Of a stretch of 64,000 nt of DNA, positions 9,552 through 22,015 are shown one piece after another. Each line of letters opens with the position of its first letter. Positions within the stretch are counted from its first letter, which is position 1. The translations under genes were made by a program, and so were the position numbers. The stretch lies in contig JBFXED010000019.1 in assembly GCA_050180485.1 (NCBI GenBank), positions 13,540 to 77,539 of the forward strand, written 5' to 3'. The DNA is from Alphaproteobacteria bacterium. Its GTDB lineage: Bacteria; Pseudomonadota; Alphaproteobacteria; CADEGL01. The notes beneath the pieces were generated by a model. The model did no database searches. It was not told the origin of the DNA and saw nothing but the letters and a program-made list of their open reading frames with translations.

Positions 9552-9682
9552 TCCTTCATACGGCAAACGCGCCGTTGGCGTTTATGGTTCCCCGATCCCT
9601 TCAAGATAGGAGAAGACCGTGACGCCAGAGTGACGGTTGAGAGTGTCGGTCTGAGGGCCGACTTGCGGTTTATTCGGGGCAG

Positions 9683-10390
9683 CTAGACGAATGCGATATT
9701 GATGCGCCGGTTCTGGCGACCTTTGTTCTCGATCTTGCCCACGACCACCTGACCGATCTCGCCCGTGCGCGCCACATGAGTGCCACCGCACGGTTGAAGG
9801 TCGACGCCATCGATTTCCAACAGACGCACTTTCCCCGAACCGGTGGGCGGCTTGACCGACATCGTACGCACCAGACCGGGATTGGCCGCCAGCTCGTCGT
9901 CTGTGATCCAGCGGGGATGCACAGGATGGTCCTCGGCCACCAGCCGATTCAGATCGGCGGTCAGCTTCTCCTTGTCGATGGCAGTGTTGGGCAGGTCGAA
10001 GTCGAGCCGCCCCTTGGCCTCGCCTAGGGCACCGCCCGTGACCGATCCGGTCACCAGCGAACAAAGAAGATGCAGGCACGTATGCATCCGCATATGGCGG
10101 TGGCGTCGCTTCCAATCGAGTGCGGCCGTGACCGTCTCGCCGACGGCAGGTGGCGCTGCGCCCGGCTCCAGCACATGGGCGGGTTCGCCGGTCGCGGGGT
10201 GCTTGCGGGTATCGGCCACCTGCAATTCCCGGCCGTCGGCGAGGCGCAGAACGCCCGTGTCGCCCGGCTGGCCGCCGCCTTCGGGGTAGAACACCGTACG
10301 GTCAAGGCGGATGCCCGCCTCGTCGACGGACATGACGCGCGCTTCGCAGGATTTCAGATAGGCGTCTTCGCGAAAGAGCTCGTCGGTCAT
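9683..10390 (-). CDS. alaX: Free-standing alanyl-tRNA editing protein AlaX (AlaXp)
   Basis: TVFYPEGGGQPGDTG, HMRMHTCLHLL (HxxxH), CGGTH. Confidence 0.93.
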   Translation of the reverse strand: MTDELFREDAYLKSCEARVMSVDEAGIRLDRTVFYPEGGGQPGDTGVLRLADGRELQVADTRKHPATGEPAHVLEPGAAPPAVGETVTAALDWKRRHRHMRMHTCLHLLCSLVTGSVTGGALGEAKGRLDFDLPNTAIDKEKLTADLNRLVAEDHPVHPRWITDDELAANPGLVRTMSVKPPTGSGKVRLLEIDGVDLQPCGGTHVARTGEIGQVVVGKIENKGRQNRRINIAFV

Positions 10391-10429
10391 GCGGTCCTCC
10401 CTTAGAGCACTTAGTCTAGCAGACGGGCG

Positions 10430-11329
10430 CTACGAACGCTGAGTCAGGCGGACGCCGATTAGGATGACGATCGCCGCGCCGATGCCCACCGCCGTCAGCC
10501 GTTCTCCCAAGAACACCACGGCCAAGCCGACGCCCACCACAGGCAGGAAGAACTGGGCTGGCGCGACACGCGCAACCCCGCCTTTGGAGAGGGCCCAGTA
10601 CCAGGCGATATAGCCGATCACCGTCACGATGAACGCCAGATAAACGATAGCGATCCAGCCGGCCGGCCCGATGTGAAGGACTGCCTCCCATCCACGCGTC
10701 AGCAGCAGGACCGGCACGCCAACCGCCGTACCGATGGTCGCGCCCCACATGGTCGTCGACCAACTCCCCAGCGTGCCCGAAAGCCGGGCGCCCGCTACAT
10801 AGCCCAATGAGCAAGCCCAGCAGCCGACCAAGATGATCAGATCGCCGATGACGGGATCGCTGCCGCCTTCGAAGCCGGAGCGGTCGCCGATCAAGGCGGC
10901 GGTACCAGCGAGCGCCAGGGCGCAGCCGTAGAGCCAACGGCGCGCCGGCATACGGCGCTCAAGACCAGCCGCAATGAGGCCCGTCCAAATCGGCAGCGTG
11001 GCGATCAGGAGCGCGCCGTGAGACGCCGTGGTGAAGCGCAAACCCACGCTGAAGAACACTGGAAAGATCACAAAGCCGCAGATGGCGGAAACCATCAGCC
11101 AACGCCAGTCGCGCGCATTGCCCGGCCGGGACACGCGGCCCACCAGGATCAACGGAACGCTGACCACCGCGGCGACGATGGTACGGAGCAATCCCACCAG
11201 GAGCGGATCAGTGTCGGCCACGCCCAGCTTGGTCGCGAATGGGCTGGCGCCCCAGATTACGACCGCGAAAGCCGCCGCGCCGATCACCGCAGGAGTAAGC
11301 CGTTGCGCCGGCGGCGCCACGGACTTCAT
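10430..11329 (-). CDS. DMT/EamA-family transporter
   Basis: About 10 hydrophobic segments in two EamA-like repeats. Confidence 0.85.
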   Translation of the reverse strand: MKSVAPPAQRLTPAVIGAAAFAVVIWGASPFATKLGVADTDPLLVGLLRTIVAAVVSVPLILVGRVSRPGNARDWRWLMVSAICGFVIFPVFFSVGLRFTTASHGALLIATLPIWTGLIAAGLERRMPARRWLYGCALALAGTAALIGDRSGFEGGSDPVIGDLIILVGCWACSLGYVAGARLSGTLGSWSTTMWGATIGTAVGVPVLLLTRGWEAVLHIGPAGWIAIVYLAFIVTVIGYIAWYWALSKGGVARVAPAQFFLPVVGVGLAVVFLGERLTAVGIGAAIVILIGVRLTQRS

Positions 11330-12138
11330 CGCGGCGTCTCGAACGGCCGGACGGTATGACCGTGGCCCAATGGTCCCTTCCCCTGGCCCAGCCTCGGCGC
11401 AGCACGAATGGCGGCTTGGACATAGGCGTGGGCGCGTGCGACTGCGTCCTTGAGCGAGCGGCCTTGCGCCAACCCGGTGGCGACGGCGGAAGCCAGGGTG
11501 CAGCCCGTGCCGTGGGTGTGCTTGGTCTCGATGCGCGGCGCCTCGAAGACATCCACGCCCTCGCGTGTGACCAGCAGATCGCGGACGACCGGGCCTTCGC
11601 GGTGGCCGCCTTTGAGCAGTACGGCTTTGGGGCCCATGGCTAGAAGCGCGCGGGCTGCGGCTTCCATGTCGGTATCCGACAGAATAGCGCGACCGGTCAG
11701 AACTTCGGCTTCCGGCACATTGGGCGTAAGCACGGCAGCCAGGGGCAGCAACTGACCTCGCAGCGCCCCCTGCGCGGCCTGCTGGAGAAGCGCCTGTCCA
11801 CCCTTGGCGACCATCACCGGGTCGACCACGACCGGAATATTCGGCGCACGCGTTCTGACCTCACCGCAAACGGCCTCGATCACCTCGGCGCGATGAAGCA
11901 TCCCGGTCTTGATCGCATCCGCGCCGATATCGTCGAGCACGAGCGCCATTTGTCGGGCCACGAACTCAGGCGGCACATCCAGGATGCCGAAGACGCCCTG
12001 CGTGTTCTGCGCGGTCAGCGCGGCGATGGCGGTAGCGGCATAGCCACCCAGAGCCGTGACCGTCTTAATGTCGGCCTGGATACCCGCCCCGCCCCCGGAA
12101 TCGGAGCCGGCGACGATCAGGACGCGCCCTTGCGTCAC
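11326..12138 (-). CDS. thiD: Hydroxymethylpyrimidine/phosphomethylpyrimidine kinase
   Basis: AGSDSGGGAGIQADIKT, DPVMVAKGG, TPNVPEA, HTHGTGCT. Confidence 0.95.
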   Translation of the reverse strand: MTQGRVLIVAGSDSGGGAGIQADIKTVTALGGYAATAIAALTAQNTQGVFGILDVPPEFVARQMALVLDDIGADAIKTGMLHRAEVIEAVCGEVRTRAPNIPVVVDPVMVAKGGQALLQQAAQGALRGQLLPLAAVLTPNVPEAEVLTGRAILSDTDMEAAARALLAMGPKAVLLKGGHREGPVVRDLLVTREGVDVFEAPRIETKHTHGTGCTLASAVATGLAQGRSLKDAVARAHAYVQAAIRAAPRLGQGKGPLGHGHTVRPFETPR

Positions 12139-12145
12139 GACCGTG

Positions 12146-13495
12146 CTAACCCGCGGCGCGAGCGATCGCGTCCGCGATGCCGTCGACCACGCGCGTGACC
12201 TTGGTGGAATCCTCGCCTTCGGCCATCACACGGATCACGGGTTCGGTCCCCGAGGTGCGGATCAGCACGCGTCCGGCCCCCTTCAGTTCCGCTTCGCCCG
12301 CCTTGATCGCATCCTTGACCGAAGCGCTTTCCAACGGTGCCTGGCCCTTCGTGTATCGCACATTCTTGAGGATCTGGGGCAGCGGTTCGAAACAGCGCGT
12401 GACCTCGCTGACCGGCCGGTCGGTTTCGACAATGACGGCCAGCGCCTGCAGTGCGGCGATCAAACCATCGCCCGTGGTGATGTAGTCGTTCAGGACTAGA
12501 TGACCGGACTGCTCGCCCCCGACGTTGAAGCCGCCATCGCGCATCATCTCGATGACATAACGATCGCCGACCTTGGCGCGCTGGAGCGAAAGCCCGAGTC
12601 CGCCCAGGTAGCGTTCGAGGCCGAGGTTGGACATCACGGTGCCGACGATGCCGCCGCCCTTGAGGCGCCCAGACTTGCCCCAGGAGCGTCCGACCAGTGC
12701 CATGAGCTGGTCGCCGTCCACCTGGCGCCCGGTCTCGTCCGCCATGATGACGCGGTCGGCGTCGCCGTCGAGGGCGATGCCGAGATCCGCGCCATGCGCC
12801 ACCACGGCCTCGCGCATCGTTTCGGTGTGGGTCGCGCCGCACTTCTCGTTGATGTTGAAGCCATTTGGCTCGACGGCGATGGGCACCACCTCCGCGCCCA
12901 ATTCCCACAGCACGCTGGGCGCCACCTTGTAGGCCGCACCATGAGCGCAATCGACCACGATCTTGTAGCCGTCGAGCCTGAGGCCGCGCGGAAACGTGTT
13001 CTTCACGAACTCGATATAACGGCCCTGTGCGTCATCCAGGCGCTTGGCGCGCCCGAGCTTCTCGGCCTTGGCCAGATGGTCGCCAAGGCCGTTGGACACA
13101 CTCCGCTCGATCTCGCACTCGACCTCGTCGGACAGTTTGTAGCCGTCCGGCCCGAACAGCTTGATGCCGTTGTCGTTGAAGGGATTGTGCGAGGCCGAGA
13201 CCATTACGCCCAGATCCGCGCGCAACGACCGGGTCAGCATCGCCACACCCGGCGTCGGGATCGGGCCACTCATCACCACGTCCATCCCCATGGAGATGAA
13301 GCCCGCGGCAAGCGCCGGCTCCAGCATATAGCCGGACAGACGCGTGTCTTTGCCAATCACCACCACGTGCCGGTGGTCGCCGCGGATGAAATGCCGGCCC
13401 GCCGCCATGGCCACGCGCAAGGCGGTCTCCGCCGTCATCGGCTCGACATTGGCCAACCCCCGGATACCGTCCGTGCCAAAGAGCTTAGGCGCCAT
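12146..13495 (-). CDS. glmM: Phosphoglucosamine mutase
   Basis: [28 protein letters not shown]; start trimmed to ATG 13495. Confidence 0.96.
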   Translation of the reverse strand: MAPKLFGTDGIRGLANVEPMTAETALRVAMAAGRHFIRGDHRHVVVIGKDTRLSGYMLEPALAAGFISMGMDVVMSGPIPTPGVAMLTRSLRADLGVMVSASHNPFNDNGIKLFGPDGYKLSDEVECEIERSVSNGLGDHLAKAEKLGRAKRLDDAQGRYIEFVKNTFPRGLRLDGYKIVVDCAHGAAYKVAPSVLWELGAEVVPIAVEPNGFNINEKCGATHTETMREAVVAHGADLGIALDGDADRVIMADETGRQVDGDQLMALVGRSWGKSGRLKGGGIVGTVMSNLGLERYLGGLGLSLQRAKVGDRYVIEMMRDGGFNVGGEQSGHLVLNDYITTGDGLIAALQALAVIVETDRPVSEVTRCFEPLPQILKNVRYTKGQAPLESASVKDAIKAGEAELKGAGRVLIRTSGTEPVIRVMAEGEDSTKVTRVVDGIADAIARAAG

Positions 13496-13538
13496 GCGTT
13501 CCCCCTGGTCCGTCCGCCGTTTTATAACAGAAAAATGT

Positions 13539-14714
13539 TCAGCTCGCCGCCGATGCCGCGCCCGACGCGGGACGGTCGGCAAGGCCGCGCACGGCGCGCC
13601 ACACGGCAAGAGCCTGAGCCGTTTCCGCCACGTCGTGGATGCGCAGCACGTGCGCACCCTGATCGAGCGCGAGCAACGCCGCGGCCAACGACGCGGGCAA
13701 GCGTTCTTGGGGCGTCGAGCCACGCTTCACCGCCGAGACCAGTCCCTTGCGCGAGGCGCCGACAGCTAGCGCGCAGCCAAGGCCGTGATAGAGCGCCAGC
13801 TCGGCCATTACCTGGGCGTTCTGCGCGGACGTCTTGGCGAAGCCGAGGCCGGGATCGAGCACGATGCGTTCGGCGGCGATGCCGGCGGCGGCACAGGCTT
13901 CGAGGCGCGCGGCCAGCTCGTCATAGACGTCGAGCGGCGCATGGGCGTAACCGGTCTTAAGGTGCATCGTCGCGGGCTCGCCGCGCATATGCATTAGCAC
14001 GACGGGCACGTTCCGCGTCGCGACCAGCGCTAGACTTTCCTTGTCGGCAGTCAAAGCCGAAACATCGTTCACGAGCTTGGCGCCGGCATCGAGCGCGGCC
14101 GCCATGACCTGCGCCCGCCGCGTATCGATGGACACGGGGATACCCGCCGCGGCCAAGGCCGAGACGACGGGAACGACGCGTGCCAGTTCGTCCACGACCG
14201 ACGCGCCATTGGAGCGCGGACGGGTCGATTCGCCGCCCACGTCCACGATGCCGGCGCCAGCCTCCAGCATGCGACTTCCGTGGGCGATGGCCGTGGCTGG
14301 ATCGAGAAACATACCGCCGTCGGAAAAGCTGTCCGGCGTCACGTTCAAGACGCCCATTAGCAAGGGGCGGTCGAAGGACAAGCCAGCCAGTCCAGGACGT
14401 GGCCGCGTCAGGCGTTTCAGCGCTTCATCGAACCAACGCGCGATGATTGCCCCCTCGCCGCGTGCCCAAGCCTCCAGCGCGTCGACGGGGGCGCGGCAGC
14501 GAGAGACCGCACCAAGACGTGCCGTGGCGCGCCACAAAAGTTCGCACTGAGAGAATGAGAGCGGCCCGCCCGCGAGCGCGCGAGCCGCGGGGGGCCCGGC
14601 TGGCTCGAGACCGACGGGCTTCAGGTACAGACGGAGGCCGCCCGCTTCGAGCGCGGGCGCCAGGCCGGTGGGAAGCGACGGAAGGTAAATGTCCGAGCCG
14701 CGCGGCTCAGGCAC
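13539..14714 (-). CDS. folP: Dihydropteroate synthase with N-terminal extension; start uncertain
   Basis: [42 protein letters not shown]. Confidence 0.92.
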   Translation of the reverse strand: MPEPRGSDIYLPSLPTGLAPALEAGGLRLYLKPVGLEPAGPPAARALAGGPLSFSQCELLWRATARLGAVSRCRAPVDALEAWARGEGAIIARWFDEALKRLTRPRPGLAGLSFDRPLLMGVLNVTPDSFSDGGMFLDPATAIAHGSRMLEAGAGIVDVGGESTRPRSNGASVVDELARVVPVVSALAAAGIPVSIDTRRAQVMAAALDAGAKLVNDVSALTADKESLALVATRNVPVVLMHMRGEPATMHLKTGYAHAPLDVYDELAARLEACAAAGIAAERIVLDPGLGFAKTSAQNAQVMAELALYHGLGCALAVGASRKGLVSAVKRGSTPQERLPASLAAALLALDQGAHVLRIHDVAETAQALAVWRAVRGLADRPASGAASAAS

Positions 14715-16644
14715 CCGGCTGCGGCTCCGGTTCGAGACCGCTCGGCCGGCCCTTGTCCTTGGAACCCGTGGTGGGCACCGAGGTGCGCCGCCCGCCGCCG
14801 CTGTCCGAACGGGACGCGGGCGGTTCGGTCGGCCGGTAGATGGACTCGCCGCGTAGGATGGCACGGATGTCCTCGGCCGACAGAGTCTCGTATTCGAGCA
14901 ACGCCTTAGCGATCTTGTGCAGATCCTCGACGCGTTCGGTCAGGATTTGGCGCGCCTTCGTCTCGCCGGCCTGGACGAGCTTGCGGATTTCCTCGTCGAT
15001 GATCTTCGCCGTCTCTTCGGAGAGGTTCTTGCGAGTCGTGACGGAGTGGCCGAGGAAAACCTCTTCCTCGTTGTCGCCATAGCGCAGGGGCCCAAGTTTC
15101 TCGTTCATACCCCACTCGGTGACCATGCGACGCGCTAGGTCGGTCGCACGGCGGATATCGTCGGAAGCGCCCGTGGTGATCGATTCCTGGCCGAAGATCA
15201 GCTCTTCCGCCACGCGCCCGCCGAACAGGCTGGCCAACAACGCCTCAAGCTCGCGCCGGGTCTGGCTGTACTTGTCGCGCTCGGGCAGGAACATGGTGAC
15301 GCCCAGCGCGCGGCCGCGCGGGATGATGGTAACCTTGTGCAGCGGGTCGTGGCCCTCGACGGTCAACATGAGAAGCGCATGGCCGCCTTCGTGATAGGCC
15401 GTGCGGCGCTTCTCTTCCTCCGTCATGACCATGGAGCGGCGCTCGGCACCCATGAGGACCTTGTCCTTGGCCTCTTCCATCTCGGTCATGGTGACCATGC
15501 GCTTGCCCTTGCGCGCAGCGATCAGGGCGGATTCGTTCACGAGATTCGCAAGATCGGCACCGGAGAAGCCGGGTGTGCCGCGGGCGATCACCTTGAGGTC
15601 CACGTCGGGCGCCATGGGCACCTTGCGCGTGTGCACGCGCAGGATGTGCTCGCGGCCCTGGATGTCGGGATTTGGCACCACGACCTGACGGTCGAAACGG
15701 CCGGGCCGCAGCAGCGCCGGGTCCAGCACGTCGGGCCGGTTGGTGGCCGCGATCAGGATGACGCCCTCGTTGGTCTCGAAGCCGTCCATCTCGACCAGCA
15801 ACTGATTCAGCGTCTGCTCGCGCTCGTCGTTGCCGCCGCCGAGCCCAGCGCCGCGATGGCGGCCGACCGCGTCGATTTCGTCGATGAAGATGATACAGGG
15901 CGCATTCTTCTTACCCTGCTCGAACATGTCGCGCACGCGGCTGGCGCCGACGCCAACGAACATCTCGACGAAGTCCGAGCCCGAGATGGTGAAGAACGGC
16001 ACGTTGGCCTCGCCCGCGATGGCGCGCGCGAGAAGCGTCTTGCCGGTGCCCGGCGGACCGACCAGAAGCACGCCCTTGGGAATCTTGCCACCCAGGCGCT
16101 GGAACTTCTGCGGGTCCTTGAGGAATTCAACGATCTCTTCGACTTCCTGCTTAGCCTCCTCGACGCCCGCGACGTCGTCGAAGGTCACGCGGCCGGTCTT
16201 TTCCGTCAAAAGCCGCGCGCGCGACTTGCCGAAGCCCATGGCCCGGCCGCCCCCCGATTGCATCTGGCGCATGAAGAAGATCCAAACGCCGATCAGGAGC
16301 AGCATCGGGAACCAGGAGATCAGGACGGAGAGCAAGGGATGCATGCTCTCCTCGATCGGCTGCGCGGTGATGCGCACGCCCTTGGACTGCAGCTTGCTGA
16401 CGAGGTTGGGATCGTTCGGCGCATACGTGCCGAACGCCTTGCCGTCATTCAGGCGGCCGGAAATGTTGGCGCCCTGGATGGTCACTTCGGTGACGCGTCC
16501 GGCCTCGACCTCGTTCAGGAAGTCGGAAAATGCCAGCTGGGACTGGGGACCACGGCCGGAGTTGCCCTGGAACAGGCTGAACAGCGCCACCAGGAGCAGC
16601 GCGATGATGATCCAGAGCGCGAAATTCTTACCGAAATTGTTCAC
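14707..16644 (-). CDS. ftsH: ATP-dependent zinc metalloprotease FtsH
   Basis: Two TM segments, GPPGTGKT Walker A, IDEID, HEGGH Zn motif. Confidence 0.98.
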   Translation of the reverse strand: MNNFGKNFALWIIIALLLVALFSLFQGNSGRGPQSQLAFSDFLNEVEAGRVTEVTIQGANISGRLNDGKAFGTYAPNDPNLVSKLQSKGVRITAQPIEESMHPLLSVLISWFPMLLLIGVWIFFMRQMQSGGGRAMGFGKSRARLLTEKTGRVTFDDVAGVEEAKQEVEEIVEFLKDPQKFQRLGGKIPKGVLLVGPPGTGKTLLARAIAGEANVPFFTISGSDFVEMFVGVGASRVRDMFEQGKKNAPCIIFIDEIDAVGRHRGAGLGGGNDEREQTLNQLLVEMDGFETNEGVILIAATNRPDVLDPALLRPGRFDRQVVVPNPDIQGREHILRVHTRKVPMAPDVDLKVIARGTPGFSGADLANLVNESALIAARKGKRMVTMTEMEEAKDKVLMGAERRSMVMTEEEKRRTAYHEGGHALLMLTVEGHDPLHKVTIIPRGRALGVTMFLPERDKYSQTRRELEALLASLFGGRVAEELIFGQESITTGASDDIRRATDLARRMVTEWGMNEKLGPLRYGDNEEEVFLGHSVTTRKNLSEETAKIIDEEIRKLVQAGETKARQILTERVEDLHKIAKALLEYETLSAEDIRAILRGESIYRPTEPPASRSDSGGGRRTSVPTTGSKDKGRPSGLEPEPQPGA

Positions 16645-16741
16645 TTTGCCATCCGTTCCGCCGGTTCCGGGAGGCTCCGCCCACGCGGCCTCGTTCCCGG
16701 AACGCTCCAGGGCGTCCTATGAAAATAGCGCATCCGTGACA

Positions 16742-18070
16742 TTAAACAACGGCAAAGGGCGCGCCCATCAGGGACTCTTCGGGCTTAAATTTGCATCGGA
16801 TGGGCGGCTTTTTCCGGCCGGTTTCTCGCAGGTACCCGGCGGGGGGAACGGCAACCAGTCCCTTGCGGCCCCAAAGGGCCGGCAATGAAGGGCGAACGGC
16901 GGCCGGGAACGTCGAGAGGCGCTCCTTGAGTGCCTGATCGCGCGCGCCAAAGTTCACCGGGCCAACAAATACATCCTTCCCGACGCGCGCCTCGACCTCG
17001 AAACGGTCATCCCAAACTGCACGGCCTCCGGCAAGCGGTACCTTGCCCGCCACCGCACCGGCTTCACGGCACACAAGAAGCGATTCGCGCCAGGACAATA
17101 CGCGGCATCCGGCCAAGGTCCGTCCTTGCGCACCCGGCCGCGAAAGCTCGCCGAGCAAACGTTCCAAATTCTCCAACCGCGGCGGGTAGGCAGCTCCACT
17201 TACGGTCCTGAGGATGCGGGCCGTGGCACGCAAGGCGATCTCCGGCGGCGCGGCGAGGAGTTTTTCGCGGTCGAGCAGACAAAAGCCGGCCGGATGCAGC
17301 ATGACGGTTTCCGCGAGCATATCGGCGACAGCCATTTCGAGCGTCGCACGCGCGCGTGCCAAGCGGCTCGCCGTGCGTGCCAATCGCGGGCCGGACAATC
17401 CTTCCGCCGAGAGCGAGGGAAGCAATTGACGCATTCGCACCCGCGCATGGTCGCGATCGCGGTTGGTCGGATCGTCGACCCAATCCTGTCGGGCACGGCG
17501 CAACGCGGCCTCCAGCCGGGCGCGCGGCACGTCCAGCAGCGGCCGCAGCACGCGGACGGAGGGAAGCTCGTGCACCGGCGCCATGGCGGCCAAGCCGTCC
17601 ACGCCACTGCCGCGCGCGAGACGCAGCAGATACGTCTCCGCCTGGTCATCGGCATGATGGGCGAGCAGCAAGTGAAGAACGCCATGGCGCGCGCACCAGC
17701 CGGAAAGAAGCCCATAGCGCGCTGCGCGCGCGGCAGCCTGGATGTTGGCCGCGGGCTTCGTTCCGCGCCATGCGATGATTCGATGTTCGACGCCGCGCGC
17801 GCGCAGCCAACGCCCCACGCGGCGCGCTTCGGCCGCCGCCTCCGGCCGCAGACCGTGATCGACCGTGAGCGCGGTCAGGCCGCCGCCGCGTTTGCGTACC
17901 CATGCCGCAGCGAACAGAGCCAATGCCAAGCTGTCGGCGCCGCCCGAGACCGCCACGGCCAAGCGCGGATGTTTTTCGAACGGCCCCAGCCGTTGGATGG
18001 CACGCGCAAATTCCCGATGCGTGAGAGGTTCGACCGTCACCCCGCGAGGCTCCAGCCGAACAGAGATCAC
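16742..18070 (-). CDS. tilS: tRNA(Ile)-lysidine synthase
   Basis: [10 protein letters not shown]-loop, [15 protein letters not shown]; GTGA overlap with cpoB. Confidence 0.95.
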   Translation of the reverse strand: MISVRLEPRGVTVEPLTHREFARAIQRLGPFEKHPRLAVAVSGGADSLALALFAAAWVRKRGGGLTALTVDHGLRPEAAAEARRVGRWLRARGVEHRIIAWRGTKPAANIQAAARAARYGLLSGWCARHGVLHLLLAHHADDQAETYLLRLARGSGVDGLAAMAPVHELPSVRVLRPLLDVPRARLEAALRRARQDWVDDPTNRDRDHARVRMRQLLPSLSAEGLSGPRLARTASRLARARATLEMAVADMLAETVMLHPAGFCLLDREKLLAAPPEIALRATARILRTVSGAAYPPRLENLERLLGELSRPGAQGRTLAGCRVLSWRESLLVCREAGAVAGKVPLAGGRAVWDDRFEVEARVGKDVFVGPVNFGARDQALKERLSTFPAAVRPSLPALWGRKGLVAVPPAGYLRETGRKKPPIRCKFKPEESLMGAPFAVV

Positions 18071-18984
18071 TTGCAGCCGAGACGGATGCTTTCCGCCTGG
18101 ACACTCTGCTTGGTGGCTACGGACGCCGTCGGGTACTGGGTCTGGAACTGCTTGAAGGCGGTGCAGGCCTCGTCCTTCTTGTTAAGCTGGGCCAGCGACA
18201 CGCCGAGCTTCTGCAAGCTCTCGGGCGCCTTCGAGCCATCGGGGAACTTCTCGTAGCTCTGGGCGAACGAGACGGCCGACTTCGTGTAGTCCTTGTTCAC
18301 GAAATACATCTGGCCGAGCCAGAACAGCGCATTGCCCGTGAGTGGGTGGTTCGGATGGGCGTCAGCGAAGGCGCGCATGGCCTTCTCGCCCTGGACATAA
18401 TCGTTCTGCTTCAGGAAATCGAAGGCGAACTTGAACTGCTCGTCCGGCGTGCCGGGCGGCAGAAGCATGGGTGCGGACGATGCGGCCGGCGGCGCGCTGG
18501 CCTGCTGCGAGCCCGGAGCCGGCATCGGCGCGATCGGCTTGGTGCCGGGCGGAACGCCGGGGGCCGCAGCTCCCGCAGCTCCTGCGGGCGCCTTGCCCTC
18601 CGCCGGGCCGCGCTGACCGTCTTCGATCGCCTTCAGGCGGAACTCCGCGTCGCTGAATTTCTTGTCCATGGTCTTGTCGACCTGGTTCAGCTTGAGGCCG
18701 AGTTCTTCGATCCGTCCGTTCATCTCGCGCATTTGCGATTCGATGGCGGAGATGCGCATCTCCATCTGCACCAGCGCAGCCGAGCCGCCGCTCGTGGTGC
18801 CGGGCGCCGCGGAGGGAGCGGCCGCCGAAGATGGGCCGGCGCGGCCCATCTGCTGTTGCAGGATCTGCATGTCGCGCTCAAGCCGGTCCAAGCGGGCCGA
18901 ATCGCTTTGCGCGAGAACCGTGCCCGAAAACAGGACGGACGCCACGGCCGCCACCGCGCCCACGAACGCATGAGTCTGCCGCAT
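18067..18984 (-). CDS. cpoB: Tol-Pal system protein YbgF/CpoB
   Basis: Signal peptide, coiled coil, C-terminal TPR (NALFWLG, KAPESLQKLG); follows pal. Confidence 0.9.
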   Translation of the reverse strand: MRQTHAFVGAVAAVASVLFSGTVLAQSDSARLDRLERDMQILQQQMGRAGPSSAAAPSAAPGTTSGGSAALVQMEMRISAIESQMREMNGRIEELGLKLNQVDKTMDKKFSDAEFRLKAIEDGQRGPAEGKAPAGAAGAAAPGVPPGTKPIAPMPAPGSQQASAPPAASSAPMLLPPGTPDEQFKFAFDFLKQNDYVQGEKAMRAFADAHPNHPLTGNALFWLGQMYFVNKDYTKSAVSFAQSYEKFPDGSKAPESLQKLGVSLAQLNKKDEACTAFKQFQTQYPTASVATKQSVQAESIRLGCK

Positions 18985-19154
18985 TCTCTGTCCTCTCTGC
19001 CTGATGCAGGGTCGGGGCGCCCAGATGAGGGCGAAAACCCGAACGAACGTGCCGTTCATTTTAGACAAAACTAAGGCGCCTGCCCAACGCTCCGGCATCT
19101 CGGCCGGAGGCGGGCAGGCGCCCCGAAGAAACGTCCGACGAAGTGTCGGGCGGA

Positions 19155-19676
19155 TTAGTTCACGCGGGCGTAGCCGTTACGATTTTTCGCCCAAGCGTCC
19201 TCGTTCGAACCCATCACCCACGGCTTGTCCTTGCCGAAGCTGATCGTCGTCAGACGGTTGGGATTCACGCCACGCGCGAGAAGGTAGTTCTTCACCGCGT
19301 TCGCGCGACGCTCGCCCAGCGCCAAGTTGTACTCACGCGTGCCGCGCTCGTCGCAATTGCCTTCGATCGTGAGCGTCACGTTCGGATACTTCGCGAGCCA
19401 TGCAGCCCAACCGTCGAGCGTTCCGGCCGCATCGGTCCGAATGTCCGACTTGTCGAAATCGAAGAACACGCGGTCGCCGTACTGCTTCGCCAGATCTTCC
19501 TGCGAACCGGGGCGCGGGCCTGCCGGCATCGGCGGCGGCGGAGCCGGCGCGGGTGCGGGCGGCGCGGCGGTGGACTGACCGGAGCTGGCCACGGTGGCCT
19601 TGGTTTCGGGCGAGCTTTCGCAGGCGGTCAACATGACCACGGCGGCGAACGCGACGAGGACTGTTCTGAAACGCAT
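19155..19676 (-). CDS. pal: Peptidoglycan-associated lipoprotein
   Basis: Lipobox LTAC, GNCDERGTREYNLALGERRA. Confidence 0.97.
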   Translation of the reverse strand: MRFRTVLVAFAAVVMLTACESSPETKATVASSGQSTAAPPAPAPAPPPPMPAGPRPGSQEDLAKQYGDRVFFDFDKSDIRTDAAGTLDGWAAWLAKYPNVTLTIEGNCDERGTREYNLALGERRANAVKNYLLARGVNPNRLTTISFGKDKPWVMGSNEDAWAKNRNGYARVN

Positions 19677-19816
19677 CTTTTATCTTCCTCTCAAGGACCG
19701 GGTCCGCTTACTGACGCGAAGCGGGCGAAGACGCGGCAAGGGAAAACGCCGAGACGCAGATAAAGTTCCGCTGCTCCTGAAAGAAGCGGTTTCGCGGGGA
19801 CTATACGAATCGCCCC

Positions 19817-21154
19817 TTATGGAATCAAGGGCGACCATGCCGGATCCGAGCCATCCATGGGGGTTACGACCTCCCTTTCGTTGTGTCCCGTGATGTCGAT
19901 CGAATACAGCCGCGCCACGCCGCCACGCCCCTGTTTATCTTGGGGAGTCTGGCGGTAATACATGAGAACCCGCCCGTTCGGCGCCCAGGTCGGCCCCTCG
20001 ACCAGGAAGGCGCTGGTCAGCATGCGTTCGTCGGACCCGTCGGGCCGCATGATCCCGATATAGAACTGACCTTGGTGCATCTTGGTAAACGCGATGTAAT
20101 CGCCACGCGGCGACCAAACCGGGGTCGCGTAGCGGCCGGGGCCATTGCTCAAGCGGCGCACGCCCGAACCGTCGGCGTTCATGATGTAGAGCTGCTGGCT
20201 GCCACCCCGGTCGGAATTGAAGACGATCTGGTTGCTGTCCGGCGAATAGGATGGCGACGTATCGATCGCCAGATCGTTAGTCAGGCGCGTCACTTTCCGT
20301 GTGCGCAAGTCCATCGTATAGATTTCGGAATTGCCGTCTTGCGCCATGCTCATGATGACTTTCTGCCCATCGGGCGAGAAGCGCGGCGCGAAGGTCATGC
20401 CGGGGAAATCGCCCAGCACCTCCTGCTTACCCGTGTCGATGCTAAGTAAATATACCCGGGGCCGATCACCCACGATGGCGAAGTAGGTGATCTCCTGCAG
20501 CGTCGGCGAAAAACGCGGCGTCAGGGTCAGGTGCCGTCCATCGGTCAGGAAACGGTGATTGGCGCCGTCCTGATCCATGATGGCCAGCCGCTTGGTTCGC
20601 CGCGTGGACGGCCCTTGCTCGGAGATATAGACGACACGCGTGTCGAAATAGCCATCCTCGCCGGTCAGGCGCTTGTAGATGGCATCCGAGATCTTGTGCG
20701 CGAGGCGGCGCCAGTGCATCGGCGCCGTGGAATAAGCCAGGCCGACGAGCTGCTGTCCCGCGAATACGTCCCACAGCCGGAACTCGACGCGAAGCTGGCC
20801 GTCGCCCTGCATTTGGGCCGTACCCGTGACCAACGCGTTGGCGTTGATGACGCGCCAGTCAGGAAAGTTCGGCATCACGCGCAGCGACGCCGCATTCTGG
20901 ATGAAAGCGCGCTGGTCGATGGGCTTGAACAGGCCCGAGCGCTCCAGGTCGGCGGCGATGACCCCCGTCACGTCCTTGCCCATCTGGACTTCCTGCGGAT
21001 TGTCGCCCGCGAAGTCGGTGATGGCGATCGGCATCGGGGCCCGGAAGCCCTCGGTGATGTCCACGCGCAAATCCGCGCGCGCGGGCAACGCGGCCCACAT
21101 CACGCCGATCACGACGAGGAACAGGGTGCGGAGGATCGATCGGGTCATGATCAA
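19817..21154 (-). CDS. tolB: Tol-Pal beta-propeller protein TolB
   Basis: DLERSGLF N-terminal domain, repeated P.F/WSPDG propeller blades. Confidence 0.96.
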   Translation of the reverse strand: MIMTRSILRTLFLVVIGVMWAALPARADLRVDITEGFRAPMPIAITDFAGDNPQEVQMGKDVTGVIAADLERSGLFKPIDQRAFIQNAASLRVMPNFPDWRVINANALVTGTAQMQGDGQLRVEFRLWDVFAGQQLVGLAYSTAPMHWRRLAHKISDAIYKRLTGEDGYFDTRVVYISEQGPSTRRTKRLAIMDQDGANHRFLTDGRHLTLTPRFSPTLQEITYFAIVGDRPRVYLLSIDTGKQEVLGDFPGMTFAPRFSPDGQKVIMSMAQDGNSEIYTMDLRTRKVTRLTNDLAIDTSPSYSPDSNQIVFNSDRGGSQQLYIMNADGSGVRRLSNGPGRYATPVWSPRGDYIAFTKMHQGQFYIGIMRPDGSDERMLTSAFLVEGPTWAPNGRVLMYYRQTPQDKQGRGGVARLYSIDITGHNEREVVTPMDGSDPAWSPLIP

Positions 21155-22014
21155 ACAAGGTCCTTTGGGTTGAACGTCAGCGTCATGTCACGCCAGATAT
21201 CGTAGCTGTCGGACGGAAGCTTGAGCGGATTGCAGCGCGGGTTGAGCACGGCGCGCATCGCGCTTTCGGCCAAGGTCCGATAGAACGGATCGCTGCCCAT
21301 CCGGCCAGGGTCGCGCGGTTCCACGCGCTGCACCGCGCCGTCGGGACCAAGCTGCATCCGAATCTCGACCACCATGTTCTGGATGTCCTTCGCGCCCGCG
21401 GGGACGTTCCAACATTGTTTGATCTGCTGCCGGACCAGATCGCCGAGCTGTGCCTCGCGGCGCGTTCGGTCCAGATTGGAAACGGCGGCATTCGGCGTCG
21501 GCGGCGTTTGCGTCTCTGTCTTGGGCGCGGGCTTGTCATTCGCCTTTTTCTGTTCCTGGTCCAGCTTTTCGACCGTCTTGAGAACCGATGCCATCAGATT
21601 CTTGTTCTGGGTCGGCGGCTCCGGCTTTTCCTTAACGACCGGGCGCACCTGGGGTTCCGGCGGCTGGGGCTGCGCGGTCTCTTTCGGCGGCTCGGGTTTG
21701 GGCGGCTGGGGCTTTGGCAACGGCACGGCGTCGGACTGCTGCTCGACCTTGGGCGCCGGCGGCTGCGGCGGCGGCGGAGTGGGCGGCGTCGGCGTGGGCG
21801 GTTCGGGCTTGGCCTCCTTGGGCGGCTCGGGCGCCGGCTCTTGCTTCGGCTCCGGCTTGGGCTCCGACTGCGACTGCGGCAAAGATGCCACGATCTCGAC
21901 CGGCATGATCGGCTCGGGCATCTCCCGGTCGAAATCCAAAAGCGGCCAGATCACCGCGGCGAAGAAAACGATGCCGAGGTGGAGCCCCGCCGAGTAATAG
22001 GCGGCTCTGCGCAT
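21151..22014 (-). CDS. tolA: TolA/TonB-like Pro-rich envelope protein
   Basis: N-terminal TM, PEP/KP-rich linker, CWNVP...C-terminal domain; lies between tolR and tolB. Confidence 0.85.
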   Translation of the reverse strand: MRRAAYYSAGLHLGIVFFAAVIWPLLDFDREMPEPIMPVEIVASLPQSQSEPKPEPKQEPAPEPPKEAKPEPPTPTPPTPPPPQPPAPKVEQQSDAVPLPKPQPPKPEPPKETAQPQPPEPQVRPVVKEKPEPPTQNKNLMASVLKTVEKLDQEQKKANDKPAPKTETQTPPTPNAAVSNLDRTRREAQLGDLVRQQIKQCWNVPAGAKDIQNMVVEIRMQLGPDGAVQRVEPRDPGRMGSDPFYRTLAESAMRAVLNPRCNPLKLPSDSYDIWRDMTLTFNPKDLV

Positions 22015-22015
22015 G

